A stretch of DNA of 64,000 bases, taken from positions 67,303 to 131,302 of the IMG/VR virus record IMGVR_UViG_3300035670_000038; one strand, given 5' to 3'. This document shows, piece after piece, positions 62,544 to 64,000 of this stretch. How positions within the stretch are numbered: the stretch's first letter is position 1; the number at the start of each line of letters is the position of its first letter. The notes below the pieces were generated by a model that was given only the letters and a program-made list of their open reading frames with translations, ran no database searches and had not been told where the DNA came from. The translations under genes and the position numbers were made by a program. Source of the stretch: a virus.

Positions 62544-63230
62544 ATGAGATACGCAGTATTTTCAACGTATAGAACAGCCAGTACTTTTTTACACGACATC
62601 GTAAGAAATCACTTTAATATAACAGGATTAGAAGAGCTTACAGGTGAGTCTCCACTAGACATACGTGGAGATGACACATTACGACACCAATATATAAATG
62701 AACGCATTGCTGGTGACAATTATGTTGTTAAATTGTGGTCATCCGATTTTACCCCAAACAATTATTGGTTCAATAGAGAAACATTTGATTGGTCAATCTT
62801 TGATAAAATCATCATCAGTACAAGAACTAATGTAACCGATCAACTTGCAAGTGTATATTATATGGGAGTATTTAGAACAGGCCGTCAGACTTTGGTTCCA
62901 ATTAATAATACGCCTGAATCCATAGATTTTTCTAATGAAAATTGGATGAAAGTTATGGAATTTATGAGAAAATCTTTACTAAGACTACATAGTATGAAAG
63001 ATGATTTATTGACAGCGTATCCAACAAAAGCAGTGGTTGTCCCATCTGAAATATTTCATAATACATCAGCAGAATATTTACCGATACTGAACTCATTAAC
63101 TGGCATTGAGTTTGTGGAATCAGATTTAACACCAACATCTACATTCACCACTGGATTAAATTACGCAGAAAAATACACCAACTATAATGATTTAAAAGCA
63201 ATCGTTGATTCTTGGGGTATTCCGAACTAG
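62544..63230 (+). CDS. sulfotransferase-like P-loop protein
   Basis: STYRTAST; RTNVTDQLAS (Stf0-like). Confidence 0.55.
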   Translation: MRYAVFSTYRTASTFLHDIVRNHFNITGLEELTGESPLDIRGDDTLRHQYINERIAGDNYVVKLWSSDFTPNNYWFNRETFDWSIFDKIIISTRTNVTDQLASVYYMGVFRTGRQTLVPINNTPESIDFSNENWMKVMEFMRKSLLRLHSMKDDLLTAYPTKAVVVPSEIFHNTSAEYLPILNSLTGIEFVESDLTPTSTFTTGLNYAEKYTNYNDLKAIVDSWGIPN

Positions 63231-63247
63231 AGAGAAGAGAACTGTAA

Positions 63248-63901
63248 ATGAAAGTAGCTGTATTTTCAACACCCAGAACGTGTAGCACTTTGATGTGTAA
63301 TATAATCGCTAATCGGTTTGATTTGTTCAACTACAATGAAAGTATATACGCTCATTTACCACCAAACTACAGTAAAAAAGACAACATACATTTTTTAAAA
63401 ACTGAAAATCAATATGTTACAAAATTATTCGCATCATATTTTTATGACAATCAGTATATAGAGTTGGAAACATTTGATTGGGGTATGTTTGATTATATTT
63501 TCATAACGGAACGCAAAAACATCATAGACCAGATGGCTAGTTTGTACACTATACGGTATAATAATAAATGTGTTGATACCTATATAAATTTATCTAATGA
63601 AAAAGTGATAAAAATGTACAATCTACATCAAGAATATATGAAATTATTTTATAAAATAAAAAATAATTTATTGTGTAATTATAAAAACGTATATGTTGTT
63701 GAATATGAAAAAATGCAAGAAAATATGTTGAAATATTTAAACGATATCACCGACATATCATTCGCAGATGAGCATATACCAAAAACAAAACCAGAGCAAG
63801 TAAATTATAGTAAACAATATACCAATTATAATGATTTAAAAGCAATTGTTGATTCCTGGGATATTCCGACACTTTGGGGCTTGACAAACGAAACAGAATA
63901 G
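63248..63901 (+). CDS. sulfotransferase-like P-loop protein (paralog of the previous gene)
   Basis: STPRTCST, RKNIIDQMAS, VEYE; shares the C-terminal YTNYNDLKAIVDSW. Confidence 0.6.
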   Translation: MKVAVFSTPRTCSTLMCNIIANRFDLFNYNESIYAHLPPNYSKKDNIHFLKTENQYVTKLFASYFYDNQYIELETFDWGMFDYIFITERKNIIDQMASLYTIRYNNKCVDTYINLSNEKVIKMYNLHQEYMKLFYKIKNNLLCNYKNVYVVEYEKMQENMLKYLNDITDISFADEHIPKTKPEQVNYSKQYTNYNDLKAIVDSWDIPTLWGLTNETE

Positions 63902-63926
63902 ATTATATTAGTAGTATAGGTTACAT

Positions 63927-63998
63927 GCCGCGTTCGTCTATCGGTTAGGACATAGCCCTTTCAAGGCTAGAAGGCGGGTTCGATTCCCGCACGCGGTA
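63927..63998 (+). tRNA. tRNA-Glu(TTC)
   Basis: TAGCC-CT TTC AA-GGCTA. Confidence 0.92.
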
Positions 63999-64000
63999 CT

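Overview
This 64-kb window is part of a large (probably jumbo) tailed-phage genome. It is AT-rich, densely packed with small ORFs, and uses the standard code (TAA, TAG and TGA all act as stops). It carries 25 tRNA genes, a tmRNA, thyX, a short purA, nagB, a MoxR-AAA/vWA pair, an endolysin/amidase/lipase block with CsgG- and cohesin-like envelope proteins, and several glycosyl-/sulfo-/methyltransferases and 2OG-Fe(II) oxygenases. The main finding is a dispersed phage-encoded selenocysteine system: selA (7246-8625), selD (31277-32311, minus strand) and a canonical 8/5 tRNA-Sec(UCA) (18696-18796). A candidate selenoprotein of no family I recognise (49644-50255) has an in-frame TGA followed by a bacterial SECIS-like hairpin; the ORF caller split it in two. 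No selB is visible in the window. Other unusual elements: a ~10-kb minus-strand early-gene island with many similar sigma70-like promoters, phased direct repeats and DnaA boxes; an unidentified ~200-nt structured RNA in the tRNA cluster; a tRNA-Ser with an ACU anticodon; and a long-variable-arm tRNA-Cys. All family calls come from motif recognition by eye; no database search was run.
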